Source: an uncultured virus (IMG/VR IMGVR_UViG_3300033066_001794) (Duplodnaviria > Heunggongvirae > Uroviricota > Caudoviricetes). Taken from it: DNA of 64,000 bases. Made by a program: the position numbers and the translations under genes. The notes under the pieces are model-generated. The model saw only the letters and a program-made list of their open reading frames with translations, was not told where the DNA came from and ran no database searches. Positions 29,151-40,047 of the stretch are shown here, piece after piece. Location: the IMG/VR virus record IMGVR_UViG_3300033066_001794; one strand, 5' to 3'. Every line of letters begins with the position of its first letter. Position 1 is the stretch's first letter.

Positions 29151-29357
29151 ATGAAAAAATCAAAAGAATTAAAAAATCTTGTTGACCCAAGAGCTTACAG
29201 ATTATTAACTACCATTGACCAAGACCCTTACAGAGAAGAGTGTTGGAGTACACATCGAGCAGGTGGTACATTTAAGTGGAAGAAAAAAAGATTATACAAA
29301 TTTCAATACAGAATGTATAGAACTTGGAAGTATAACAGAAAAACTAAATACAAGTAA
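29151..29357 (+). CDS. small basic protein (..WKYNRKTKYK)
   Basis: ORF track; C-terminus similar to 29416-29586. Confidence 0.7.
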   Translation: MKKSKELKNLVDPRAYRLLTTIDQDPYREECWSTHRAGGTFKWKKKRLYKFQYRMYRTWKYNRKTKYK

Positions 29358-29359
29358 AA

Positions 29360-29398
29360 ATGAACAGGAGATGTAAATACGAATTTGGCTGCGGTTAG
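29360..29398 (+). CDS. 12-aa uORF MNRRCKYEFGCG
   Basis: Paralog of 29091-29129 with synonymous differences. Confidence 0.55.
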   Translation: MNRRCKYEFGCG

Positions 29399-29415
29399 TT
29401 TAAAAACTAATCGAA

Positions 29416-29586
29416 ATGAAACCAAAAAAAACAATGAGTGAAACTGTTGATAGTTCAACTTTTAAAAAGGTTTATTACATGATGGTATGTGATTGTCCGA
29501 AATGTCCTCCAAATAAAGGATGTAACAAAAACAGAAAAAAGTATCAAAAGAATTGGAAAAAATTTAGAAGCACAAAATGGAAGTAA
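29416..29586 (+). CDS. 56-aa basic Cys-rich protein (not in ORF track)
   Basis: MKPKKTMSETVDSSTFKKVYYMMVCDCPKCPPNKGCN..NWKKFRSTKWK. Confidence 0.65.
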   Translation: MKPKKTMSETVDSSTFKKVYYMMVCDCPKCPPNKGCNKNRKKYQKNWKKFRSTKWK

Positions 29587-29666
29587 AAAATAAAAATAGA
29601 AAAGCGCATAGATTCAAACTATAAGCCATTAGCTAAGCTTCGCTAGTGGTGATAACCTTGAAAGCT

Positions 29667-29912
29667 ATGAAGAATTTAAGTCGTGCCTATAACAGGTACA
29701 AACAAGAAACAAAATTTAAAAGACGTGTTAAAAATTGGTTCGCTCATCCATCTTGGAATGACGAAAAAGAAATTAAGAAAGCATTAACAGGAAATGGTTA
29801 TACTTTTTTAAAAACAACAAGCAGACCTTGTAATTGTTTTATGTGCAGCGGTGATAATAAATACAAGCGCACACAGAAGAATAAAGTCATAAGAGATGCA
29901 TTGAGAGAATAA
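29667..29912 (+). CDS. small basic protein with PCxCxMC motif
   Basis: LKTTSRPCNCFMCS; likely start MKNLSRA. Confidence 0.6.
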   Translation: MKNLSRAYNRYKQETKFKRRVKNWFAHPSWNDEKEIKKALTGNGYTFLKTTSRPCNCFMCSGDNKYKRTQKNKVIRDALRE

Positions 29913-29921
29913 TATTAATTA

Positions 29922-29994
29922 GTTCCTTTAGCTCAGGGGTAGAAGCATTCGGCTCATAACCGACAGGTCACTTGTTCGATTCAAGTAGGGAACA
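29922..29994 (+). tRNA. tRNA-Ile2(CAT, lysidine type) or Met
   Basis: TCGG-CTCATAA-CCGA and acceptor resemble bacterial Ile2. Confidence 0.8.
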
Positions 29995-30086
29995 CGACTA
30001 GGTTACAAAGTGTATGAGTAAGTAACATGGGTATTGTGGTAACGTAGTATTGGCGCACATGGTTGACAATAACACTCATACATAAA

Positions 30087-30161
30087 GGGGCATTGGCTGA
30101 GATAGGCGATGGCGATTCATTTGCAATGAATAAAACGGGGATTCAAGTTCCTCATGCTCCA
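30087..30161 (+). tRNA. tRNA-Ala(TGC)
   Basis: G3-U70; ATTCA-TTTGCAA-TGAAT. Confidence 0.88.
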
Positions 30162-30171
30162 CAAAAAATAT

Positions 30172-30247
30172 TGGGATATAGCTTAGCTCGGTCTAAAGCA
30201 GTAGTATTACAAACTACCTATCGTTGGTTCAAATCCATCTATCCCAA
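30172..30247 (+). tRNA. tRNA-Val(TAC)
   Basis: GTAGT-ATTACAA-ACTAC. Confidence 0.85.
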
Positions 30248-30275
30248 CTTAAATAAAAAAAATATAAAAAAACCA

Positions 30276-30338
30276 ATGTTAGTTACTAGAAACATAAAAT
30301 CTTTATCTTCTTTTTTGCGAAAGCGAAAGAGTAAGTAA
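30276..30338 (+). CDS. 20-aa micro-ORF MLVTRNIKSLSSFLRKRKSK
   Basis: Paralog at 30447-30509; A-rich upstream. Confidence 0.5.
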   Translation: MLVTRNIKSLSSFLRKRKSK

Positions 30339-30348
30339 TTATTTATAT

Positions 30349-30425
30349 GCGTCAGTAGCTCAGTTGGTAGATGCACCTCACTTTTAATGAGGGGGTCGGG
30401 AGTTCGAGTCTCCCCTGTCGCACCA
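30349..30425 (+). tRNA. tRNA-Lys(TTT)
   Basis: CCTCA-CTTTTAA-TGAGG; encoded CCA. Confidence 0.93.
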
Positions 30426-30446
30426 CTTTTAATGTAAAAAAAATAA

Positions 30447-30509
30447 ATGTTAACTACAAGGCACATAAGAACTTTCATCACTTCTCGCAGATTGCGAAGA
30501 GGTAGATGA
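30447..30509 (+). CDS. 20-aa micro-ORF MLTTRHIRTFITSRRLRRGR
   Basis: Paralog of 30276-30338. Confidence 0.5.
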   Translation: MLTTRHIRTFITSRRLRRGR

Positions 30510-30515
30510 TTGTAT

Positions 30516-30606
30516 GTTCCCGTAGCATAAATGGATAATGCACAAAACTTCTAATTTTGCTTTCTTTTTAAGAATCATGCAGGTTCGAATCCTGTCGGGA
30601 ATTCCA
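30516..30606 (+). tRNA. tRNA-Arg(TCT) with long variable arm
   Basis: CAAAA-CTTCTAA-TTTTG; variable region CTTTCTTTTTAAGAATCAT; CCA. Confidence 0.85.
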
Positions 30607-30608
30607 AA

Positions 30609-30682
30609 CTTTCAGTAGCTCAAATGGATAGAGCATCGCACTACGAATGCGAAGGTTGAGTGTTCGAGTCATTCCTGAAAGA
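30609..30682 (+). tRNA. tRNA-Arg(ACG)
   Basis: TCGCA-CTACGAA-TGCGA. Confidence 0.9.
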
Positions 30683-30777
30683 CTTATTTTATATGTTAAT
30701 AACTTTTTTACTTGTAATATCAAAAATGTTATTATATTTGCATTCAGTCAATACGGTCAAATTAAATCAAATTATTA

Positions 30778-33700
30778 ATGAAAGTAATCACATCAGATGT
30801 AAAAGCTAAGATATTTGCTCAATACATAGGGCAAATATTTATACATAGATTTCTAACTCCTGCTGTTGTTGAGCCTAGTGACTTATTACAAGTTACATAC
30901 ACAACTTGTTCTAAAATACAAGAAGACCATTGTTTGTTTTCAGGTATTCAGGTTGTATTAAAGTCATTACAAAATATTTCTGATGAAGATGCTATTGAGG
31001 TAGCTAAATATTTGAATTGGGGGAGAGATATTATAAAAAGGAGGTTGAGTGGAGATATTAGGGAAGACCAAAATATAGATGACCTTAGACAAACATATAT
31101 TAGAGTTGGCAAAGAATCAGTCATGATTTTCTTGGGTAAATTAGTCCCTTCAGTTATTACTTCACCTTTAGAGTGTGCTAATTGCTTTAATTTTTTACAG
31201 TCAAAAGGTTACGCACTTCCATATATGGATTATTCTGTCGAAGATTTAGTTGAACTTGGTATTTATAAATTAAAATAAAAAACAAAAATCATGAGCAAAG
31301 AATTTAATGAAATCATAAAAAAGTGTTTGAACACTAAGAAAATTCCTAAATCTGAATTATTGCTAAAATATAATGAGGAAGATATTTTTCAGATTAAATC
31401 AGATAAAAAACCTAAATCTATTAAGTCAAAAAAAACTAAGTAAAAATGAGCCAAGATTTAAGAGATTTAAACCTCCATACTGATGAAAACGGAAAAGTTT
31501 GGTTAAAAGGTGAAGATGGTAAATTGCTTACTGATGAAAGAGGTAGGAACATACCTGCTAGTCAAGGTAGAAAAATAAATGATAGTAGTGGTTTTACAAC
31601 ATACGATACATCTCAAGGACATTGTGCTTTATGTGGGGATTTATATTGCAGAGGAGGATGCTTCAAATAATATGGAAAACGCAATTCAAACAAAACATAA
31701 CTTAGACTTCCAAGTTGCAGAAAGTCCTTACAGCGTTGTTGGTAAAAAACATATGCTATTCAAAGTAGGCACTTGTCATGGTCAATGGGGAGATACGGGA
31801 GATAGTTACTTCATTCTTTCTGTGATGAACGATGAAATAGGAAACGGACATTTAGATGATGTTTTCGAATGGTTTGAATACTCAGCTAAACGTGATGGTA
31901 AAAATCTATTAGTTCTTGAATGTATGAACAAAAATTTCCATACTCATTTAGTAACTAAACGTGGATTCTTAGCTTTAGATGATGAGCAAAATAATTGCAT
32001 TAAAATCTTCAATGAAGATAAATACAAAATACTACTTAAAGAAGGAAATGGATTTATTGATAAAAAAACTTTAAAAAAATGAAATACATAATCAGTTTAA
32101 TTATAATTGTTACTTTTTTTAGTTGCAATCCACATCCTGAAGGCGATTCGAATGAATATAAAAATGGAGACTTCACAATTAAAACAATTGATAGTTGTGA
32201 GTATATCGAATATGATTATGGATATGGTGAACAGAGAGTTTATTCTATAACTCACAAAGGAAATTGTAAGTTTTGTTCGAAAAGAAATAAAAAGTAAAAA
32301 TGGAAGGATTTTGTAAAGGCGATATTTGTAATCGTAATGAGTGTCAAGGTGTAATTTCCGAATACGAAAAAGAAGGAAGTTGCAGTTGCCACATTCATCC
32401 TCCATGTGGATATTGTGAAGAGCCTAATGCTTATTGTGAAACATGTGGTTGGGATGCAAAAGAAGAGCGTGATGAGTTAGATAAAAAGAGACGTGAAGTT
32501 GTAAAAAGTAATGAAGCTTACTATGAAAAACAGAATAAAGATTTTGCAGAAGCTAGAGATTTATTCTATAAAAAGTTTAGAGGAGAAATACCTGCCGAAA
32601 AATTAGAAATACGTTCTGAGTCACATACACATTTTTCAATGAAAAAAATAGGAGTTTTTCCTGTTGGCTCTGAAACTCGTGAAAGTATTCTACCTAAAGT
32701 ATTAGGTACTTTTGGAGGTAGGTTCGCTAGGTTTGATGATTATTGTTTTGAATATATTGCATACACGGATTAAAAAATAAATAATGAAAGACGAAAAAGA
32801 ATTAGTAGTATTCCCTGATGATGAAATTGCTGCAAAAAAAATGACAGTAACAGGATGGGTAAGTCGTAATGGTAGATTTTATGGCTCTGATGAACGTACT
32901 GCTCGTCATGATGGTTCTACTCATAATAAATGTGAGTGTGGGAACAAGGTAACTAAAGGTTGGACTAAATGTGATTTTTGTATAAGTAAATCGGCTGTAG
33001 AAAGATATAAAGCTTATACTTTTCAAGAGTGGGATGGTAAACAGCCTGTTTATTCTGAGAACTATAGTAAATATTTTTATAATATTGATGAGATTGATGA
33101 TTTTTGTGAAGACTCAGAAGTTGACCCAAAAGACCTTATGCTTGTAATTTGCGATTCAAATTATTTGGATAAGATTGACAGTAGTATTTGGGAGGATAAA
33201 TTACCTGAAGATGGAGATATTCCAAAAGAACTACAAGATAAACTAAATGAGTTAAATCAATTTATTAAAACTTTACCTGCTATTAGTTATTCTCCATCAA
33301 AAATTAGAACCGAGTATAAAATTGAAAATAAATAATCATGGATGATAAAGTAAAAAAAATATTAGAAAAGAAATTTGGATATGATTTCGAGAGTGATTGG
33401 TTCACAGATGAAATACTAACTTTAGTTGATGATGTTATTGAGGCTACAAAAGAATCAATAGATGAAGTGGAATTAAGTTATGAAGAAAAAGTTAGTATTT
33501 ATGAAAAAGCAAAAAGAATAGTTGCTTCTGATTTAGCTTGGAACGAAAAATTTGATATGATTTTCTCGAAAGAAATATCACGTAAAATCGATTTTGATTA
33601 TTATTATCCTGATGGCGATTATGATGAGGATGTAATAGCTTTCATGAATGGATTTGATGAGTATATGAAGAAACAAGAAATTATTAAAAATCAAATAGGA

Positions 33701-35510
33701 TAATTATGTCAAAGAAAAAATGTAAAACATTAACAATTAAAGAAAGAGAAGAAAGGCAAGCTTTTTTGGATAAATATAATGAGTTTGACAAATGGCTTAG
33801 TTCTATTGGATTTAGAGGGGGACATTATTGGAAAGAAAGTTCTACCTATCAGGATATTCACTATTCAGATTATGATAAATACATTGACTCTCTTTATTCA
33901 GTTGAACATTTTATTAATGATACAATTTTGTTTTCAGTTAGATTCATAAGAGATAGATACAAACATAAATTCATGTTTGTAGGAGGTATAGGTGCGCATT
34001 CTGAATTATATTCTTTAGAAGAAACAAAAGAATTAATTTTATCTGAAGTAAGAAAGCTTCGAGATGAAAAATTGAAAGATTTGAAAAAACTTGAAAATAT
34101 TTAAAAAATTAAATTAAAAGAAAACAAAATGGAAAAGCAATTCGGTGATTTATCACAATTCAAAGGAAGAGATGTGGAACTTTTTAGAAGTTCTGATTTA
34201 AAAAACACTGCTATTTACTTCACAGATGGAGAGTATGAATATAGAGAAAAAGCAGCCGAATATTTTGAGTTATTACGATTTGGATTAGAAGGCGGAGACC
34301 ATCAAATCTATATCAGATTCCCTAAAACTGATTATTTTGTGGAAATGATTGAAGGGGGATTTGGCTCAGGAAGAGGGGATATGATGGATGCACAAGGAAA
34401 GAATGTATGGGAAGATAAACATAAATCACCATTCAGAATATACTCACATGGTAATAATTTAATACTTTTAATTGGAAGAGATGATTGGACACCTGAATTT
34501 AACTTCATGAAAAAAGCAGCAAGTTATGACAAGGGAAATCCATTTAATAGTAATTATCCAATTGAAACGTGTTATAATATTCATCAGATAGAAGAAGCTT
34601 TATCTATGAAGTTTTTGAAAATACCTGAAGATGTTAGAAGAATTCAATATTGCTTTAAAACAAAAGATGAAAATCCTAAATACTTTTTAGTAGATTCACC
34701 TGCGTATAATGTTCGATATAACAATCATAGATTTTTTATTATTGAAAATGAAATCCCAAAAGAATTTGAAATTAAAAAGTTTACTAGATACAGAGATGGC
34801 GGAACAACTATCATTACTTTAATTGATGAAAATGGCATTGAGCATAAGTTCTTTTCTCCACAATCAATGTTTGGTAAAACACTAGTTGAAAAATGGGATG
34901 AAGAAGAATTGATTGAAGCAACAGAAGAAGAAAAACAAAAACTAGCTACTCTTCTTGAATTAGAGTTAGAACCTGTTTTATCTGAGGAGGATTAAAATGC
35001 AAAAAGAATTTGATAACGAAAACAGAAGTCGCTACTATGGTTTAAGAGTAGGTGATATTGTCGAGCAAAAAGCATTTGGAACTTCGTCTAAAGGAGAAGT
35101 TATTGGATATGGCTTCTTGGATAATAATCGTGTTTATGTTCGCTTAGAATCAGGTGAAGAAACTGATTTTATAGCTGAATGGTGTGAAATAATTAAAAAG
35201 GTAGAGGATGGAGAAGGTATTTCAGAATAACGGATGTATGTTCGTGGGCAAAAGAGTTTTCATTAACGTTTCAGATTACAATTGGCTAAAACAATTTGGA
35301 GTGACTAAAGAAAAAATATTTAACCGAAGTAGATACACTATACTGCAAGGCATAGTAACAGATTTTACAGATAGAGAACTTAAAATTCTTTTAAGAGATA
35401 ATAATGGTTTCGAAAAAGATAATCAAGAGTTTGTATTTAGTCGTGATAAATTATTAGCTTATGAGGGTTATTCTAATTTTGAAGTTTTAGGTAAATGGAT
35501 TGAAATTTAA
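30778..35510 (+). CDS. operon-like run of about 12 hypothetical phage ORFs
   Basis: ORF track (30778, 31446, 31671, 32079 lipoprotein-like, 32300, 32784, 33338, 33706, 34129, 34997, 35208); TATATTTG promoter near 30734. Confidence 0.65.
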
Positions 35511-35728
35511 AAACAAATAATAAACTAAAAACAGAAAAACAATGCGTGTAGTAGCTGAGTGGTGTACTATAATTAAAAAAGTAGAAGATAAAAACTAAAT
35601 AAAAAAAATGGGACATTTGATGATTATGTGCATTCCTTTATGTATGGCAGTTGTTTTATTGATTGCTTCATTGATAACAAACTATTGGTATAATAAAAAA
35701 ACAAATAATAAACTAAAAACAGAAAAAA

Positions 35729-36781
35729 ATGATTGATTTTACAAGAAGTGAATCCAACGAAATAGCAATACACTACGTTGGTAACAAAGGATTAGGTGAA
35801 GAGATGGTCTTCGCAAAAACACCGAATAAAATAGGTGATGAATGGGTTAAAAACACTATTTACCATTTCTTTTTTAATACATTTAAATCGGATGTTTATT
35901 TTCAATTCAGAAAGCCTGATGCGATTAAAATATACGATGTTCAATCGTATGTAAGAGATGTATTTGATGACCCATCAACTATGTTTGATAAATCTCAAAA
36001 AATAGCACAGATACTTTATGACCAAAGTAATCATCCTAAAATAAAAGGTGGTGATTTCTTTATGACGTATATCAAAGATTGCGTTGTAGATGGAGAGCTT
36101 TGCGATGCTATTGGAATCTTCAAGTCAGAGAACAAAGAAACATACTTGAAATTAAATCAAAACTTAGATAGCTTTGATTTAGAAGCAGAAAATGGAATTA
36201 ACATCAACAAGTTAGATAAAGGATGTTTAATATTCAATATTGATAGCGATAAAGGATACAAAATAAGCATCGTTGATAATAGCCATAAAATAGCTCAGGC
36301 AGCTTTGTATTGGACAGAAGATTTCTTAGGTGTGAAATTACGTGAAGATAGATTCTTTCATACAAACAACATGTTAGCCACAATTAATAATTTCTGTGAA
36401 GAAGTTTTAACTCAGGAAAACAATGTTGAGCCTGTTGACCAAATGATGATTAAAGATAGGTCACTAAACTACTTTAAAGATAAGGATAGATTTAACCTAG
36501 AAGAATTTCAAGCAGAAGTTTTATCTCAACCTGAATTAATTGATAGCTTCAAGGAATACCGAACAATTAGTGAAGAAGTTAACCATGTAAAGAATGATAT
36601 TGAAGACTTCGAAATTTCAGCAACAGCGGTAAAGAAACAAGAGAAGTATTTCAGAGGAATCATAAAATTAGATAAAAACTTCCATCTTTACATTCATGGA
36701 AGACATGACTTAGTTCAAAAAGGTTTTGATGAAGAAAAAGGAATGAAGTTTTACAAGGTGTTTTACAATAACGAAGAGTAA
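35729..36781 (+). CDS. nucleoid-associated protein (YejK/NdpA-like, Bacteroidota type)
   Basis: IHYVGNK..HPKIKGG..AIGIFKSENKE..GININKLDKGCLIFN..IKLDKNFHLYIHG. Confidence 0.85.
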   Translation: MIDFTRSESNEIAIHYVGNKGLGEEMVFAKTPNKIGDEWVKNTIYHFFFNTFKSDVYFQFRKPDAIKIYDVQSYVRDVFDDPSTMFDKSQKIAQILYDQSNHPKIKGGDFFMTYIKDCVVDGELCDAIGIFKSENKETYLKLNQNLDSFDLEAENGININKLDKGCLIFNIDSDKGYKISIVDNSHKIAQAALYWTEDFLGVKLREDRFFHTNNMLATINNFCEEVLTQENNVEPVDQMMIKDRSLNYFKDKDRFNLEEFQAEVLSQPELIDSFKEYRTISEEVNHVKNDIEDFEISATAVKKQEKYFRGIIKLDKNFHLYIHGRHDLVQKGFDEEKGMKFYKVFYNNEE

Positions 36782-36783
36782 TT

Positions 36784-38190
36784 ATGTTTCAAGTTAAAGT
36801 TTTAGATACTACATACAGGCACAATACTGTCATTATTTGTGTTCCAAAAGACCTAAAGAACCACATCGGAAGTACTGATGTGGTTTTAAAGGAAATTCAT
36901 GGACAGCTAACAATAAGAGCTGCTACTATTATGGATACTAAAACTTTGAAGATTGATAGTATGAGTAAAATAACCTTAACCTGTGATAACGCAAAAGATT
37001 ATTTAGGTGAATGGATTTTAGAGCCTGATGGAGATTTATATTGGTTTTACAGAAACACAAATAACTAAAAAATAAAAAATGGAAAGTTTTAAAATTGAAG
37101 TTGACGCAAAAGATTTAAAAGAAAAATTTAACGCTATATTAAGTAAGGTAATTGAAGATTCTCTTACTAAAGAAAAGGAAAGTATTCAGGAGTCTATAAA
37201 AACATATTTCCATAAAAGTTTTTTTAATGATAAAATAACTCAATTTGATAGAGCTTTGGATTGGCAAATAGAAAGTGTTTTCAGAGAAGGAGTAGGTAAG
37301 GCAATGGAAGAACTCAACTTCAAAGAGTTGATAGCTGAAAAAGCAAAAGAAATGCTTTCTAATAGTGATTTAATTAAAGACTTAGTTGATTCTAAAGTTA
37401 GAAGTTCATTGGGTTTGCCTAAAAAGGATTAAAATGAGTGCAGATAACGGAATATACATAGCTAAGTTTCCTGATGGATATAGAGTGATTTATACGCAGT
37501 GTATAGATAACATAGACTTCTATCCTGAAGGCACTAAACAAAGAAAAAAGGAACTTAAAAAATACTTCGGTAAAAGTAAGTTATTTGAAACAGAAGATAG
37601 TGCCTATAAAGAAGCTAAATTGATGGAAAAAGAATTCACTAAGGATGGTGACTATCTTGAATATGGAGTTTGCTATATTGGAGAGTACGAAAGTTTTAAT
37701 TGAAAATTAAATGGAAAATATTGAATTAATATTTAAACCAAAAAATGATTCCGACTACAGAGTTATATATATCGAATATCAGAATGGGATGCCACATTCT
37801 GCAATAATAGAAGATGTTTTGCATGGATATTTAAGGTCTTATGATTTTGGTTTTTTTGAAGATGACAAAAAGGATGTGTTTCACTATGATAGTGGAGGAG
37901 GTGGAGATAAAAATAAATTACAAGCTCCTAAATATCAATCTACGTATAGGGGTGGAGCATATTGGTTACACCCAACAGCTAAATTTAAAGGGCGTGTTGT
38001 AAATTGTAGAAAACTTGCAAAACCAATTGAAATAGAAACATATTGGGGTAAAAGCATAAATCCGTTTGAACATTCGGACGAAGTAAATCACTATGAATAT
38101 TGTTCTGATTGCGGCAAGAATTTTCGAGACCATTGTGAAGAGCATCAATATTATGATGAAAAAGAAAATTTAAAATATTACAATCAGTGA
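36784..38190 (+). CDS. four hypothetical ORFs
   Basis: ORF track. Confidence 0.6.
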
Positions 38191-38780
38191 AAACAGAGTT
38201 AGAAGTTTTACAAGATTTATTCGGAAAAGAAACTAATATTTTTTCATCAGAAGATGTAGTTAAGGCAATACGTGTTTTTGCCAATCAATTTAGGTGGGTT
38301 AAAACAACTTGCGGAAAATATATTGAGTTTGATGATTTTGATTACGAAGTTCTTAGACAACAAGACGTTTGGTTTGATGAACAGAGACAAGCAGTAATGG
38401 CACTTTGGATTTCAAAAGAAGGAAAAAGAGTTGTAGCTCCTGTTGCTAAATTATTACTTGAAGCAGAAGGTAAAACGGTAATTCATTATAAAGATAGGAA
38501 TCCATTAAATTTAAGAAGAGATAATCTTGAATTAATAAGCCATCAAAAAGCTCACTACAAAGAGAAAAAACAAAGAACAGCTAATGGTAATGTTCCAAGT
38601 AGTATTTATAAAGGAGTCAGTTGGAATAAGTTCGCTAACAAGTGGTCTGCGTCAATAAAATTAGACTACAAGAAAAAACATTTAGGTTATTTCCTTAGCG
38701 AAGAAGATGCTGCTAAAGCATATAATGAAGCTGCTATTGAAAATTGGGGAGTCGAATATTCAGAATTAAATGTATTGTAA
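38187..38780 (+). CDS. HNH-AP2 domain protein (HNH degenerate)
   Basis: IHYKDRNPLNLRRDNL; SIYKGVSW..W.ASI..HLGYF..EEDAAKAYN. Confidence 0.85.
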   Translation: MKTELEVLQDLFGKETNIFSSEDVVKAIRVFANQFRWVKTTCGKYIEFDDFDYEVLRQQDVWFDEQRQAVMALWISKEGKRVVAPVAKLLLEAEGKTVIHYKDRNPLNLRRDNLELISHQKAHYKEKKQRTANGNVPSSIYKGVSWNKFANKWSASIKLDYKKKHLGYFLSEEDAAKAYNEAAIENWGVEYSELNVL

Positions 38781-39321
38781 AATGAAAAAAAGAATAAAAT
38801 CATTAAAGGAATTAAAAGAATGGAATGCTAATCCAACAAAAGAATTACCAATCGTATATGAATGGTTTATGGATTGGTTTTTCAAAGATGTTTTAATGAA
38901 AGACAAATTTAAATTAGCTAAAGATGCTCATGAAACTCACGTTGAATTCTGTATGATATGTAATAATTTCACAAGAGAGCAGGCTATTGAAAGAGTAAAT
39001 AGAAATATTGATTATTATTCAAGTTACTCGGTAAAATGGGAGAATAAATTGGATAAATATTTTCCTGAAGTTAGACGTATTTTAAATTAAAAAAATAAGA
39101 TGAAAAAAGAAGACGTTAAAGAATTAAGACTTGGTTTATACCGTATTTATTGGAAGAAACAAGCAGGAGGAGGAACTTCTGTAGCCTCTATAGGCATGTT
39201 ACATGATGGGCAAAAATGGATTGCCCCTACAAATTGGACTGCAAAAGTTGGAGAGAATCCAACAGCATTCGGTAAGATTTGGGATAAAGTTAAAAAAGTA
39301 GAATTAATTTGCGTCGAATAA
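38770..39321 (+). CDS. two hypothetical ORFs
   Basis: ORF track. Confidence 0.55.
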
Positions 39322-39409
39322 TTTTATTTCGCTCATTTTCAATTTAATATGATTTTAATTAAAAATAAATTTTGCGGATAAATAAATAATCCTTTACTTT
39401 GCATCCATT

Positions 39410-39478
39410 ATGAAAAATTTATCACTACATAGTTCGTTGTATCTAAGCCCAAAAGGTTCAGGTGACTTTCTATTGTAG
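39410..39478 (+). CDS. leader peptide 2 (MKNLSLHSSLYLSPKGSGDFLL)
   Basis: Follows TTTG..TTACTTTGC promoter-like motif; codons match cluster 2 tRNAs. Confidence 0.8.
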   Translation: MKNLSLHSSLYLSPKGSGDFLL

Positions 39479-39504
39479 TTAAACATATTTGTTTACATGA
39501 TAAG

Positions 39505-39534
39505 AACCCTGAACTGAAAAGTTTGGGGTTTTTT
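39505..39534 (+). terminator. attenuator terminator 2
   Basis: AACCCTGAAC/GTTTGGGGTT + TTTT; GGTTCAGG (39455) can sequester the left arm. Confidence 0.85.
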
Positions 39535-39566
39535 GTTTTACATTAATTCGTTCTTTAAAAATATAT

Positions 39567-39654
39567 GGTGAATGTGCGTGAGTGGTCGAAACGAGTAGAT
39601 TGTGGTTCTACTGATATGTAAATATCCACGAGGGTTCAAATCCCTTCATTTACC
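39567..39654 (+). tRNA. tRNA-His(GTG) with long variable arm
   Basis: G-1/C73; GTAGA-TTGTGGT-TCTAC; GATAT-GTAA-ATATC arm. Confidence 0.85.
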
Positions 39655-39659
39655 CAAAA

Positions 39660-39743
39660 GGAGAGTAAACCTATCAGGGTAGGCGCAACCTGCTAAGTTG
39701 TCGGCTCGGTTAAACGAGTGTGGGTCACGACCACTGCTCTCCG
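39660..39743 (+). tRNA. tRNA-Ser(GCT)
   Basis: GCAAC-CTGCTAA-GTTGT; long arm; G73. Confidence 0.8.
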
Positions 39744-39769
39744 CAAAAAAAAAGTTCTTTAAATAAATT

Positions 39770-39852
39770 GGAAGGAGGCGACCATTGGTGGTCAACAAGA
39801 CTTGAAATCTTGAGCGGTCAGAAATGACAGGGTTCGATTCCTACTCTTTCCG
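39770..39852 (+). tRNA. tRNA-Ser(TGA)
   Basis: CAAGA-CTTGAAA-TCTTG; long arm; G73. Confidence 0.85.
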
Positions 39853-39860
39853 CAATAAAC

Positions 39861-39944
39861 TGAGATACGCTAGAGTTGGAGAGCTAGGTTGGTCTGTAAA
39901 ACCAATGTCTTATGACTGATTCGGTTCGATTCCGAATATCTCAA
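39861..39944 (+). tRNA. tRNA-Tyr(GTA)
   Basis: TTGGT-CTGTAAA-ACCAA. Confidence 0.88.
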
Positions 39945-39949
39945 CAAAT

Positions 39950-40032
39950 ACCCGTATGGTGGAATGGAATACACATAGGTCTTAAAAACCTACGCCCTTT
40001 GAGGATTGCAAGTTCAAGTCTTGTTACGGGTA
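39950..40032 (+). tRNA. tRNA-Leu(TAA)
   Basis: TAGGT-CTTAAAA-ACCTA. Confidence 0.9.
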
Positions 40033-40047
40033 CTAAAAAAATAAAGA

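Noticed and set aside
27401..30481. Track ORFs 27401, 27898, 28926, 30063 (5' part), 30239
   Set aside because: They overlap tRNA genes or structured RNA; shadow ORFs.
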